DNA of 64,000 nucleotides from Macrostomum lignano (taxonomy: Eukaryota), in the NCBI GenBank assembly GCA_002269645.1, contig NIVC01001105.1, positions 1 to 64,000 on the forward strand, in the 5' to 3' direction. A program made the position numbers and the translations under genes. Shown piece by piece: positions 19,987-34,875 of the stretch. Each line of letters begins with the position of its first letter. The first letter of the stretch is position 1. Under the pieces are notes generated by a model that worked only from the letters and a program-made list of their open reading frames with translations, had not been told where the DNA came from and ran no database searches.

Positions 19987-21966
19987 TCAAGCAGCGGCTG
20001 TATCAGCTGCAGCAGCATCTTCGTCTGCGGCAGCCTCCGCAGTCGCCGCGCCTATCGGCGTCTCAACGCCAAAGCTGATCAGCAGGCTGTCCATGTTCTC
20101 AACGAAGCTGCGCATGTCGTCAAGAAACGGTTCCATAGCTGCGTAGATCTGCGAATGCGGCAGTTCGACGTTGCCATAGGCCAGCTTCTCTATCAGCTTG
20201 CTGCGGTAGGGCGACGCCGAGGACACCAGGTTGAATGTTTTGCGCATGAACCAGCCGTGCCGGTGCCTCAGGGTGCAGTCGTAGGCTTTAACGCTGAGCT
20301 CCGAGGTGCCGAAATCTTCCACTCGATCGCGGCTCTCGTATATTAGTGTTAGCAGCTTGCATATATATTCGAGGGCGCGCTTGAACCACAGCAGGCCGAT
20401 GGTCCCGCTTGGGTCTTTCTTGTCCGCTTTTGTGTCCGACTCGCGCTGCAGCAGCTCGCCAATCTGCGGCGGAGGGTGGTATATAAATGTCCGTATAGTC
20501 TAGCTTATGGCAAGCATGATCTTAGTAAGAGATTAAGGCGGAATTCAAATTAATTTCTTAATCCCGAATTAACAACCCGTGTTTTTCAGTGTATTTTTCC
20601 CAGCTTCTTTGGGTAAGAGAGCCTCAGCAATGTCAAGGGTAGGGTGGAGATGTTTCTGACTGTCGCTAGCTGGCACTATGAATCTTACGCTTAAAAAGCT
20701 CAGTAATGGACGGTTATAAGCGCCAGTTTGCAAAGTTTTAACGTCTTGCTGTCCGTCCGCCTTAGTGAATGTTTTGGTGTCATAATGCCTATTGATGCCT
20801 GCTTTATCATCTGCCTGCCTGTCTTAGTGTTTGTCTGTCTGTCTGTCTATCTGTCTTGTTAAACGAGGACGGAACCTGGGAGCTACCCGCGGATCAGCCC
20901 AGAGAAGGGCTTTGCTGCTGAATTATAGTGGGGCTATACTGCCAGGGGCCAAAGCCCGAGAGGCCCAGATTGGGACTAGGACTAAAGGCCTGGTGAAAGC
21001 CTTATTGGGTGCTACTAACCCAAGCCTATGGACTAAGACACCGCCAACCCAACTGTGGAATCAGGGACGGTGCAAGGACCGAATCCACCCAAGCCACCCC
21101 CCCAATGACAAAACCCGTGTGTGTGCGCAAAAAATTTCCAAAAGTTTTGGAAAGCGGTTCGAGAGCGGGAGAACCCGAAGTCTACGGAAAGATGCTTTAG
21201 ATTGGGGCGAGTCTGGGCAGCTAGTTTACCAAGGATGAGTTTCCTGTCAGGTAGGCCCCTCGGAAGACCTCCTATAGGGCTGCAAGCCTCAAGGCTTTTT
21301 CGCTATCGAGCTCTAATAAGGCCAGGCCAAGGGGTCGGAGAGAGGGCACAAACCAGACTCAGCCGGTTTTCCCCGATTCGGGACGAACATCAACCCCAGG
21401 ACACCAATCCAATGTCAGAGATGAGAGCCAAGACACAATAAGCAGGGAGACTACCAGAGGAGCCAGCAGATGGACCAAGGCGAGCAAGATGGACCAGGAA
21501 GTGCAGAGCTCATAACTCAAAAGATTGGGCGGCTGAAATGCCAGGGATAAAAGCACAAAGCTAAAACACAAAGGACTAAAAAATGACCTGAACCCTTATT
21601 CTGGGGCTCAGCCTCAGGGCTGGCATCTAATGGGCTCTACCGTACATTTTGTGAATGGTCGTCTTTCCTGCAGGGCGGGTACGACCGGGGGACTCAAGTC
21701 CCGATCTAGCCACACTGCAGTCCAGAGTCCCACTCACTCCAGGTACACCCTCCTAAACCAAGGCAGGGCCGAAAATTAGAAAAAGTACAGGGTCTATTTT
21801 TAGATGTGTACATCGCCTCCGGCGAGGACACTTAAGATTGGGCTACTCGATAGATAGGCCAATTGGATTGCGCACAACCCGAGAAATGCCGCCAGAAGGC
21901 AGCCAGGGCAAAAGCAGTTAGAGACCGTCTTTACGGCTATTACGTCTATCTGTCTTAGTGTCTAAC

Positions 21967-22061
<95 letters not shown>

Positions 22062-24793
22062 ATCTAACACTCGGAAACATTATTGTTACCGCACTCGCTC
22101 TAGTTTTACTGTCATCAACTAGATGCTATAGAATCCCAGGTGACGACAGAATTTCGCCAATCTAGCTCCTCCTCTGAAAACTCAAGATCTTAATCTAGCC
22201 AGGGATTAACCCTCAAACGATAAATGGGGTCCATTGTACCCCACAGAGAAATAAGCAAATAAAATAACTAATTCTAGGGTCTGTATATGCACGTAAAGTA
22301 ATAACACTGTCATGTACAGAAGCTTCAATAATTAAGCTTATTCGGTTTCTGATTTATGGGGTCCATTGGACCCCAAGTATCTATGGCCAAGTATATAATA
22401 AGTGAATGTCTATGGCCAATGCACCAGCAATAAAGGCCATTGCAAAGCAAACCTCATTACTTTCGACCACGCCAGCTTTGACAAAAAGTTTTTCTGACGC
22501 TGTAGTGCCGCTTCTACGTTGTGACAAGGATGGCCAGACCAATGCGGGAAGCCAAATCTCGTGCGCTGTAGACAATTCTTTCTCAAGACGTTAGCATTCC
22601 CGATGCACATGTTGACTTAAAAGAGTCTGACCAAGAGGAAGCTCTGTCTGACATCGAGGAGGCGGAGCTTGAGGTGGAGCTTCATGGTGCTCCCGGAAGC
22701 TCATCCAGTGACTCTTCCAGGACGGAGTCACCAGAGCCTGCAGCACAGGCCGGAAATGTGGCCGGAACTGTGGGCCATCGCTACGTGAGCCCAAGCGGTC
22801 AGGCCTGGAGCACGAATCCACCACCACGAGTTGGGCAGAGGCCAGCAGCCAACATTCTGCGTCTCCGGCCTGGCATAACGCAGTTCGCCGCAGCAAGACT
22901 GCATGATGAAGAGTCTGCCTTCAAACTCCTGTTTGACACCGACATGGTTGTCATTGTTGTCGAAACGAATCGAGAGGCCACTAGAGTTCTCGGTCGCGCC
23001 TGGTCTCCAACAACAAGAGACGAGATATACTGCTACATCGGCCTTTGCATCCAAGGTGTATTCAAGGGCATATGGAGAGCATTGAGGAGCTTTGGAGCAA
23101 GGACTATGGGTGAAAGATCTTCTCCGAGACGATGAGCTTGTCTCGCTTGAAGAGCCTTCTCCATTTCCTTCGTTTTGACAACCGAGTAACGAGGGAAGCG
23201 CGGCTGCTGAGAGACAAGCTTGCAGCTGTTCGCCTCCTGCTCGATGGATTTGTGAGCAACTCCCAAAAGTGTTATGTTCCATCTGGAGCGGTGACAGTTG
23301 ATGAACAACTATTCCCTTACCGAGGCCGCTGCCGGTACATCCAGTACATGCCAATGAAGCGGGCAAAGTACGGTCTCAAGTTCTGGTGCCTGAACGATGC
23401 AGCCAACGCCTACTGCTGGAACCTGGAGATGTATGCCGGACGTGACGAGCATCAAGAGGTCAGTCTTGGTGAACATGTGGTGCTGAAGTTGGCTGAAGGC
23501 CTGCGAGGATCAGGTATAGGGATCACGGTGGACAATTTTTTCTGCTCACTCAGCCTGGCACGAAGTCTTCAACACTGGAACCTTACTCTTCTAGGCAGCA
23601 TGCGAGCACATCGCCAAGAGGTGCCGCTGCAGATGCGAACCTGCCGAGGCAGGTAGCTTCACTCAACTGAATTTGCCTACACGGAAGAGGACAAAATTCA
23701 GTTGGCTACATACAAGGCCAAGGCAAATAAGCTGGTGCTGATTCTGTCATCGCAGCACAGCAGTCCACACATTTCGACGCATCCAGCCCAGAAGCCTCAG
23801 GTCATCCTCGACTACAATGCAACGAAGGGTGGCACAGACCTGATGGATCAGATGACATCCTTGTACTCAACTAAGTACAAGTCGAGGCGCTGGCATGTGG
23901 CAGTGTTTTGCAACCTTCTGAACATCGCCAGTCTGTACGCTTTTCTGCTCCACGAGGCTGTCTTTCCAAACAGCTAATGCTCCCTATCGACGCAGGCTAT
24001 ATCTGGTGGCATTGGGCAAGACTTTGACGCAGCCACTGAGGCACCAGGTAGAAGCTGTTAGGCACATGCCCGCTTCAGCACTTGCAGTTCAGAAGGGCAG
24101 GTGCCACCTGTGCAGCCGCTCAGCTGACCGCAAGACGCGAACGCGATGTGCCAACTGTCAGAAGCATTGCTGCGCTGAGCACTTGGAACAAATATGCCAG
24201 GCCTGCATTGGGGACAATGCAGCTAAGTGATTTTATCCTGCAGTCATTTACCATTTACAGATTTAGTTTTCGTGATGTTTTTGCAATTTTAGCCTCCCCA
24301 TTGAGTTTTATTTATGCAGTTCAGCCACGACAGTGACAAATAGGCAAAATTGGCTTGCTATCATGCTCCAGATAATAACTTTTTAATAAATAGCGTTTAT
24401 ACTGAGCCAGTAATAATTATGTTAGCCTTTAATAAACTAATAATGACTGATTTAACTTATCATTAATGAAGTCTATCAGTCAGTCGGAACAGTCTCAGTC
24501 AGCCTCAAAGCAGCAATCTCAGGCACTATTATTATCACAGCACCAAAAACACTCACCGTCCGTCGTTCGTTGGGCTCAGCTTCAAACGAGTTGCGGATCT
24601 TTTTTAGATTTCCGGCAACATCGTTGCGCACGGGCTTGAAAGCGAAGCCGAGCAAATCAAAGAATTCAATTAGCAAAGCGCCGACGTCGCACATTTTCTC
24701 AACATTAATGTCGCGACCGTGATCCTTACTGAAGACTATGCTCCAATCAACGGCGTGAAAGAAACTTATCGGCTTGGCTCCCGCTGCTGTCAT
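19987..24793 (-). CDS. GLTP: Glycolipid transfer protein family (GLTP/FAPP2-like), 237 aa, 2 exons
   Basis: Exons 24793-24557 and 20463-19987, phase 0; FFDLLGFAFKPVRNDVAGNLKKI, GLLWFKRALEYI, AYDCTLRHRHGWFMRKTF, SPYRSKLIEKL are GLTP signature segments (D, N, K, W, R, H of the headgroup site). Confidence 0.9.
20862..21937 (-). pseudogene. Decayed ~350-codon reading frame capped by a spliced-leader-like 24-mer, inserted in a GACA/GATA microsatellite
   Basis: Minus strand starts GCCGTAAAGACGGTCTCTAACTGC (21937-21914); one frame reads as protein-like hydrophobic sequence across the element, interrupted by stops many of which are explicable as CAG/CAA/CGA to TAG/TAA/TGA; AAGACAGATAGAC on both sides. 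Product not recognised. Confidence 0.55.
21945..22062. repeat. (GTCT)n microsatellite
   Basis: Direct inspection. Confidence 0.95.
22210..24230 (+). mobile_element. Decayed piggyBac (PGBD4-like) transposon in GLTP intron; left end only
   Basis: TTAA|CCCT left terminus at 22206-22213; GGGGTCCATTG(T/G)ACCCC motif twice; ORF pieces with VDEQLFPYRGRC, KYGLKFW, VDNFF, YNATKGGTDLMDQ (DDD triad) and C-terminal Cys-rich CHLC...CANC...C..H...C..C; several stops and frameshifts; no right TIR found before the GLTP exon. Confidence 0.9.
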
Positions 24794-24919
24794 GGCTGGC
24801 CGTGGTGCTGCAGATAATTGATAGTGAGCAAAATTGCTGAGATGTGGTGGGGGAATTACTGAAATGCTTTGGCTGTTGGGGGGATTGATGAAATGTCAAA
24901 GCTCACATTTTAGTGTCTG

Positions 24920-25138
24920 TTATACTGTCTTTCTGTCTGTCTTAGTGTCTTTCTGTCCCTCTGTCTGTCTTAGTGTCTTTCTGTCTCTGTCTGTCTGTCA
25001 GTATCTGTCTCTCACTGTCTGACTCTCACTAATCTGTCTTAGTGTTTTTCGTCTGATGTCTCTCTTTCTGCCTGTCTTAGTGTCTGTCTGTCTGTCTGTC
25101 TGTCACTCTCTCTCTCTCTGTGTCACCCTCTCTCTCTC

Positions 25139-25229
<91 letters not shown>

Positions 25230-25380
25230 GACTATCTTAGTGTCTATCTGTCTGACTGTCTCTCTGTCTGCCTGTCTTAGTGTCTGTCTATCTGTGTTAG
25301 TGTCTATCTGTCTTAGTGTCTGTCTATCTGTCTTAGTGTCTGTCTATCTGTCTCAGTGTCTGACTGTTTCTCTGTCTGTG
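24920..25380. repeat. Compound (GTCT)n/(CT)n low-complexity tract
   Basis: Direct inspection. Confidence 0.9.
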
Positions 25381-25721
25381 TTTACTTGGACATTTCGTCA
25401 GTATTTTTCCCTCCTTACATGGATCACCAATGTTATCTGGACCCCCCTTACATGGTCCACTCTATATTTCTTCGACATAAAAAGCTAAAACTTTTTAAAT
25501 AGACCTAAAATGGAGTCTAACAAATTTTAAATAGACCTAAAAATGGAGTCTAACAAAGGTGGTCCTCAAAGTTGCTCATTCAAAGTGCTGTTGGTTCCAA
25601 GTTACAAGAGTTTCAGTTTACTTGGATCCTTCACGCGGTCCATCTAAACCGAGGTCCACGAAAATCAAAATTTCCCACAACCCATTTTCAAAAAATGGTG
25701 TCTGTTTTGTATCTGTTAGGC

Positions 25722-26070
25722 AAATTGGTAGCTAAATTTCCCGAATGACTGGCCTCTACTTATCTGAAAAAATATGTTGCAACTGTGTCTTAAATACTAG
25801 AACTACGAGATAATAAACTTGAATGTGCTGTCCAACCAATCTGGCATAGCTTAAAGGTACAAAACACCTTTTTATCGGCTTCATTAAGACGCTATTGAGT
25901 TGGCAAAGGTTGGAAAACTAATGCTCACTATCGAAGCCGGCCAATTTGACAAGCTGAAAGGGAAAACCATCGATCAAATCCATCTGGAAGACATTGATGC
26001 TACAGTTGAGGAAAAGGAAAATAACCTATGCGAAGAACCATTGCAAAGTGCTGCAAGATCTTATTACTAG
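25722..26070 (+). pseudogene. Decayed C-terminal fragment of a tyrosine-recombinase-like transposon protein
   Basis: With frameshift repair reads AKFPE*LASTYLKKYVATVS*ILELRDNKLE(W)LSN(H)LGHSLKVQNTFYRLH*DAIELAKVGKLMLTIEAGQFDKLKGKTIDQI, resembling the STKLRKxxAT...LGH....H..FYRL....ELAK.SKLL family of animal YR-like repeat proteins (recalled). Confidence 0.6.
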
Positions 26071-27571
26071 GACATTTCTGCCAACAAAGAGGCGTCAAAA
26101 TGACACATCAAATAATGCAAAGCAAGCTAGAACTTCGGGCCGCCCCAATGAAGCCAGGTTGTTAGGTGCAACAGGAAACTCCTGTTGACTTTTGCAGTGC
26201 TCTGCTATTTATCAAGCAAATTGGAAAACAGAAACGTAAAGAAGTAAGGAGTATGGACAGTGACAATGGCAATAATAACAATGGCTCTAATAGAAGGGTG
26301 AATAGCTGAAAACCAGAGCTCATTGGGAACTGCTGAGATGTCAAAACTCATGAGGGGATTAATGAAATGCTGTGGCTCATGGGGGATTGCTAAGATATAA
26401 AGGCTCATTTTGAAAATTGCTGAGATAGCAAGACTCACAGGTGGAGTCACTACTCACTAAGGTAGAAAAACTCACAGGTGGAGTTGCTAAAATGTCAATG
26501 CTCACTGAGGAACTGCTAAGATGCCAATACTCGTGAGGGGATTGCTGAAATGGTGTGGCTTATGGGAGGTTGTTAACATGAAGTTGTTGGTAGGCCAAGC
26601 CAAAGGTATATCAAATGGAGTTAGGGTTAAGCCATGGCTTAAAGAGAAGCTTTGATCTCAAAGCTCACAGAGGATTCCGATATAATAGGCTAGACAGCTA
26701 GCTTTTAGGTTTCTTGCTTTAAATATATATTTTCTTATAGGATGCCAACAATAGTGGATGTACAAGGTCAAAATACCTATACCTAGCTCATTCAAGAAAA
26801 TATTCTTTTCTTATCCAACAAATGCAGTGCAGATTGCTAGTATATAGCTAAAAATGCAGCGCTATGTTATGTAAAAGAATTATTACTATATAGGTGTATG
26901 CAAGTCATAGAAAAGGAATAGAATCAATGTTACTAAATTTTTAGACTTTTTAGCAAGTATTGCCCTTTTCTTTTATCTTTGTTCTTATCTCTATCTTATT
27001 CATCTTCCCATTTATCACAAATTGAGCTGATGCATAGAAGTGGGAATTTTTTTATGAATTTTGGTTTTTATAAAAAGTATAGCTTAATCAATTCATATAA
27101 AAATCTTTTAGTGTAGTAAATAAGCAGTTTCTTAATTTAATCTATACTGATGCATCCTAATGGACAAGGTGCCCAAACACTAATAAGCCTTGGTATTGCT
27201 CTGCCATAGCTACTAGATCCTTGAGTGTTATAAATTCAGCCTTTGATATGCACATAGCTTTTTATCACATACTTTAATTCTTACCAATTTTTATCTTATC
27301 ATTGAGAGTTTTGAAGGCTAGACTTTTAGATTTTTATCTAGCACTAACTCTGAATTAAATCAAGACTTTTTTAAAGTACTTAGCTATTATAAAATAATTC
27401 ATATACTAATACTATGTGCATATCTTTTTTAATCACTTTAGACCCTCTGGCAATTTTGATTATTCATGTCAGCTTCCTATGAAAAAGTAACTTTATTTGC
27501 CATTTTGCAAATATAAATCTTTAGTCTGTGTGGCTATGGTTTTTAATATATTTGCATTTTTTGAATAAGAG

Positions 27572-28103
27572 CAGTGGTGTGATTGGAAAGTTTGCCAAAT
27601 TTCGCGCCGACTGAAATTTTTTGCGCCATGCCAATAATATTCTATTGACAGCCAAATAAGTCAATTGATGACACTTTTGAAGATGCGTCTGGCTACCAAT
27701 TAGCATGTCTCTTAAGTCACAGCCGTGTCCCCCCCTGAACTTCTTGTTGGCGATGTCTGCAGGCAGACGACTGCTCGTGCTGGTGATTGACGACGTTGAC
27801 AGCAGCTCAGCAGCCTTGCGCTTCAAGACGAGCTCAGCTAGCTTCTCTGCCTCCTTCTGCTTCTTCTTCTGCACATTCTGCTGCTGACGCCTGAGATTGA
27901 ACTCAGTTTGTTAGATTAATCTCCTAAGCTATGACATTCTTGTATTTCATACTGTCTGACAAGAGAATAAGTGTAAAAAGCAGAAAATAAGAATGCAATT
28001 TTCCCGCCCATGGTTCCACAAAATTTCGCGCCAGACCCCCAGGATTCGCGCATTCGCGCCATTTTCGTGCCTGGCGCGAATTCGCGCCTGAATCACACCA
28101 CTG
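27572..28103. mobile_element. 532-bp hAT-type MITE, TIR CAGTGGTGTGATT, 8-bp TSD AATAAGAG
   Basis: Perfect 13-bp TIRs and identical flanking 8-mers (27564-27571, 28104-28111); CpG-rich relative to the flanks. Confidence 0.92.
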
Positions 28104-30033
28104 AATAAGAGATATACTTCTCTCTTTTCTTTTTTCCTTTGACCTAGAGTCTTAATAATATAGATTTTTATCTAGCTGTTAAAGAAAGTTTGTCAACCCC
28201 TAATAACCTATTAAGCTTAAGCCTATGCTAGATTAGTATATTTAATAGTTAAACACAAAGCTTACATTAACAAAGTCCTAAGATATTCCTGGGCCAAGAT
28301 AATAGGCCCTATAGGCTATAGGTCATAATAAAAAACATTGCCTTTGTCAAAAAAACAAAACAGAACAAAAACAAAAAAGTTCTTAGGCCTTACTTTCCTA
28401 TGTGCAAACAAGTAAATCAGACCTAAGAATGTTGCAAAGAGGGTAGTTACACTAATATATTGCTATGGATAGATGCAAGAGTATTTACAAAATTCTTCAC
28501 TTTTATAGAATTGACAAGTAGTCCAACTTAATTAGGCCTAATGTTAGTTTTGTATTGAATATAACTTTTTTCATATATCCCAGAATTAATTTAGGGAATT
28601 TTAAGAATTTATAGACACATTTCAGTTGGCTATTGATTAGACCAATTATGTGAGCATGTTGCAGTTCTATTATAATCAAAATTCAATAACTAGTATCTTT
28701 GCTTTTACAGAAGCAGATGCCTTTAATTTTTTTGTACTCTTATATACTTAGTTTACTCATTCACTTTCATATATTTCTCTTCACGCCACCCCTTTCAACT
28801 CTGTCTAATGTCCACTATTCTCTCAAAACTTAAAAAGATTCTCTCTATTATACTCTCTTCACATGCTACATATATTGTATGACAGGCCTTGCAAGCCATC
28901 TTCCCTATAGTCAGGCTTCAAGGCTGCCTTTTTCACTATGCATAGGTAATATTTTGTTGCATTTAGTATCTAGGAGTATAACAGGCCTACCTGATAGAGA
29001 TAGACCCATGTACAAAAAAAATCACTAGGATACCCATGGGCCTGCTATATTTACCATACTAGCATATGAACAATAACCTGGTACAAGTTATCACTAGAGT
29101 ATAATATAAGCACCACTTTTACTGGACCTGGCTAAGTACATCAATAGTATTTGACTGACCAACCCTATACATTGCATTGATGAAAAAAAAAACATTTTTA
29201 TGGCCATTGGCCAGTTTATCTAGACAAACAAGGTGGAAGGTTAGCATTAGTGACTAAAGCAGTAGGCTGAGAGTGCAACTCACCCTATACCCTCTCATTC
29301 AGCTGCTCTACAGGGAGATGCTACTAGTATCTATGCATGCCATACTAATGCAACAAGGACTATAAGAATAACATTGGGTATGGTAAAAGCAGCTGCAAGT
29401 ACAAATGGAGCAGTAGAAGAAATAGTACTACAGCAGATATTTTTTATTTGTATATTCTTGCTCGGCTATATAATACTTAGTAACTTAGCCATATTCTGTA
29501 TTTTGTGAACAAAGCAGAACAATAGCAATAGCAATACTAATAGTAATACCTAAATTGCAGCTAAGTGCAAGACTTTTAAATGACTTGTATACATATACTT
29601 TCTAATATGAATGACTTCTGGTAACCACATGGCTTATATCCACTTGCACTTATTGCTTATATGCATTGTTTTGACAAAACTTAATGATTTGTAAAGTTCT
29701 TATAAAATTTATAATTCATTAAATTTCAAAACATTGCATTTTACATTTGGTTTATAATAAACCTGATTATAATGTAAACATTCACTGTGTGGCATGCATG
29801 TATGTATACTACATGTACAATATATATGTATACAGATCATGCTTGGGTGCAACCTAGGGATTCACCTGGGAATAGGCCCTATCACTTAGGGATAGGCCCT
29901 ATCTTCCTATTTCAATACTTGACCACAATTACAAGGACTTTTCGACTTGATATGTATAAAAGTATATAAGTATATAAATATTATATCAAGGCTTTGTCAT
30001 TATGGTCAAGTATTGAAATAAGATTATTTGTTA

Positions 30034-30625
30034 GGCAGTGCTTATCCCCACGGTACCGTAGGAATAATTTCTGTCTTATTCCAACGGTACCGTGGGGATA
30101 ATTTTCTGCTTATCCGCACGGCACATTGACGAGATAGCTGCCCCATCTTCTACATATGCCGTGGGAATAATTTTCTGCTTATCCGCACGGGTGAATTGTT
30201 GAAGCAATGCAATAATCTATACAAACAAATTGAGAATTTACATGTCTAGTAAGAAGTCTACAGAAGCAGCGGCAATGGACTTTTCGGGGATGTCGGGATT
30301 AGACTAGTTGCTAAAAGTTCTTAAATTGTAAACAATTACTAGAGCAATTCATCTTAAATCATACGTCATAAATACAAAAAAGTGTTTTTTTGCGTAAAAA
30401 GGCCATTAAATCTTTACTTCTATCAAAATAATAGCCAAGCAAAGTTATGTTGTTATATTGCACTCAAACCGTAAGTACTAAACTAAATTATGAACCCACG
30501 GCATATGTAGAAGATAGGCAGCTATCTCGTCAGTGTGCCGTGCGGATAAGCAGAAAATTATCCCCACGGTACCGTTGGAATAAGACAGAAATTATTCCTA
30601 CGGTACCGTGGGGATAAGCACTGCC
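30034..30625. mobile_element. 592-bp MITE with ~130-bp TIRs (GGCAGTGCTTATCCCCACGGTACCG...), possibly PIF/Harbinger-like
   Basis: Long near-perfect inverted arms; flanks TTA/ATA, so the TSD is not exact and the superfamily is uncertain. Confidence 0.8.
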
Positions 30626-31280
30626 ATAAGAAAAATATTAACAAATCGAAAACTGATATCGGCCTAGTAGGAAATTGTTTAGTAGGACTATAATAGGATA
30701 GAAATAGGCCCTAGGGCGTAGGGCCTGGCCTAATAAAGTTAAGCTAAGCAGACTGCAGTAAGCTCCCAATTCTATTCTAAAACCTGGTCAAAGTAAAAAA
30801 CAAACTTGCGCCATTTTATTACGGATGTTTCTTGACGTAGAGCTGTATAGCCTGCAATACTAGTAGGTTTGCACCGGCTGCATGCATTTGTTGGGCTAAA
30901 AAGCCCCGTATATCTCGTGTACACAAGATTAGAGTCTTTGGACTATATATAGTCCATATGGACGCGGTTGAACTGCCAGTCAAATAATAAGATCGTCACC
31001 ATTTATCCAGTTATTGTTATTAATTTTAGATTTTCAAGTTTTTTATAATTGTAAATGTGAATCATCAATACAAATTATAATACATTAGTGCGGTAAAATC
31101 ACATTACTTGTCATTTAGTTTGTTTTACTGTATTTAGATTTCTTTAATACTCCGGAAGTACAACCTGCTGCCTTCGCTCAACAACCTTCGACTCCAACAA
31201 CTCTATCTTTGCACGGCCGTACGTTAATTTCAATTTTTAAGCTTAATTACAATATAAGCTTGCATTGTTTTAACTTTTTA

Positions 31281-31438
<158 letters not shown>

Positions 31439-33330
31439 TTAGTCAGCCAGTCAGTCAGCCAGGGTTGCTTAGTAGGTTAGCGTTAGGGCCTCTAAAAATA
31501 CACTGCTCAGGTGGGTGTCACAATAAATATTGCAGTCGGCTCGCCACTCATTCTAATGCCTCGAGGGAGCTCTAACGGCAAATTAGGGTGTAGACAGGTG
31601 AGCCACTCATGCTGGCTGTGAGTGATTGGGTATATGCGACGCAGGTTTTGAATATCAAGTTTTGAAGAATATAGCTTGTGCGGAGTTGCCAGCTGCAGCA
31701 AATTTAACAGTTCGGAAGGAGACTCTCTCTTAATTAGATTCTCTTCAAGGCTGACAGTAATTGTATTTTTTATGGTCAGCTATAATTTAGATAGCTCACT
31801 CATTTAAAGTGCATGCGATACCTCAAGCTTTATTTTTTAAACTAAAGATGCATTCAGCGTATCTTTTTCTGTCTTAAACTTTGCTTATAGTATCTTCCTG
31901 ATCTACTCCTATTCTAATTAAATTTCATTTCATAATCGCCATTCCAAAACAGAAGCTCATGCAGGTCATAGATGCGGGGGTGTTTCGTATTATAGGACTT
32001 GTATTTGTGGCCTCACAGGTGCGACGTGCGAAAATTTACGCATGATTTTTGTTTCATAAATTTTAACAAAAGCTACTACATGTAAATGTAAGTTCCTACA
32101 AGCTGCAAGAGAGTGGTTACAAGTTCGCGTAGTGCAAGCCTTTTGTTTCATATACATTTAGCGTCTATGTTTACAAAGCCCCAACGCTTTGCACAAGCTT
32201 GTAAATTTGTTTTAAAAGCACACATTCTTCCACAACTTTCTTAGCATTGTTATCACCGAGATGAACTGGCTAAACAAAAGGTCCTTTGACTTGCGTATCT
32301 TCTCTACGATCGCCTTTCTTTAGGCTTTAAAAGTTTTAATAGCAGGCCGTTTGGGGGCCATGACTGCTTGTATCGATTAATTTTTCCATATAGCTTTTGT
32401 TGACAGCTAGCAGCCCTTTAGCCATTCGTGTAGTACATTGCAGTCTTCGTGGCATGCTTAGCACCAATGGCATCGGCTTCAACCCAACGATGTCAGTGCG
32501 TACACAACGAGCTGGCCACTCGGGTATAAAAGCCACTATAATGACTGTATTCCGATGCAAGCTATATATGTCTATCCAAGCTCCCATTGCAGTTCGCTAT
32601 AATTGTCTAGAGTTGGCAAAGCGAGAGAACAATTCCAGCTCAGCTTCTCTGCTCATTTATCTTTCTTGAATTGGCGATGTCCCAACAGTGTTTTGCATAC
32701 AGCATATTGGAGCTATATATATGTATATAATGAAGAATGAAGCTGGGATGGGTCAGAAAATGGGCAAGCAGAGTAAACTGCTGCTAGAGTCGTACGGACT
32801 CCACACCAGCGAGTGCTACAGTACCTTGCCGTTCAGCCATGCCAGCTAGCTAAGAACGGTGACAGCGGGAAAGGCTTGGGGCGGTTCAAGTTGCCACTGC
32901 CTCGTTATAGTTTGGCCTCTCAGAAACTTCGTTCCTGGCAGCCTACTCTTTCGATATTGTAGCTCATTTTTTCGACTCCATCTTTCGCTCTTATCTCTAT
33001 CTTTTTCATTGTGCCCAACTCTGCCGCACTGCATCAAAGAGGTGATAGTCTAGAGAAGAAAAAAGCAACGCAGACAGACGAAAGACGCAACACAAGCGAG
33101 CCAGTTTTAAGCGAAAGAATTAGCGGGTTAGATAGAGACACGGTACGCAGGACCAGTCTCGAAGACTTAGCATAAAAGTGGGAAAATTTGCACAGAATAA
33201 AATCATCAACGAATCCCGCCGAACAGAAAAGCTGGTCATATTGTCTGAGCAGGTTCCCTAATAGCAGGAAAAATTTATTCTGGCCTCATCAGTCTGGCAA
33301 AATATCGCCAAATACCTGCGCCAATAGTGA

Positions 33331-34875
<1,545 letters not shown>

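Noticed and set aside
29908-30020. Small hairpin (TATTTCAATACTTGACCA inverted), and a similar one at ~39996-40110
   Set aside because: Probably tiny MITE remnants; no TSD or family evidence to support a call.
32336-33053. Short ORFs upstream of G-alpha-s
   Set aside because: No homology or splice support visible; likely promoter/UTR.
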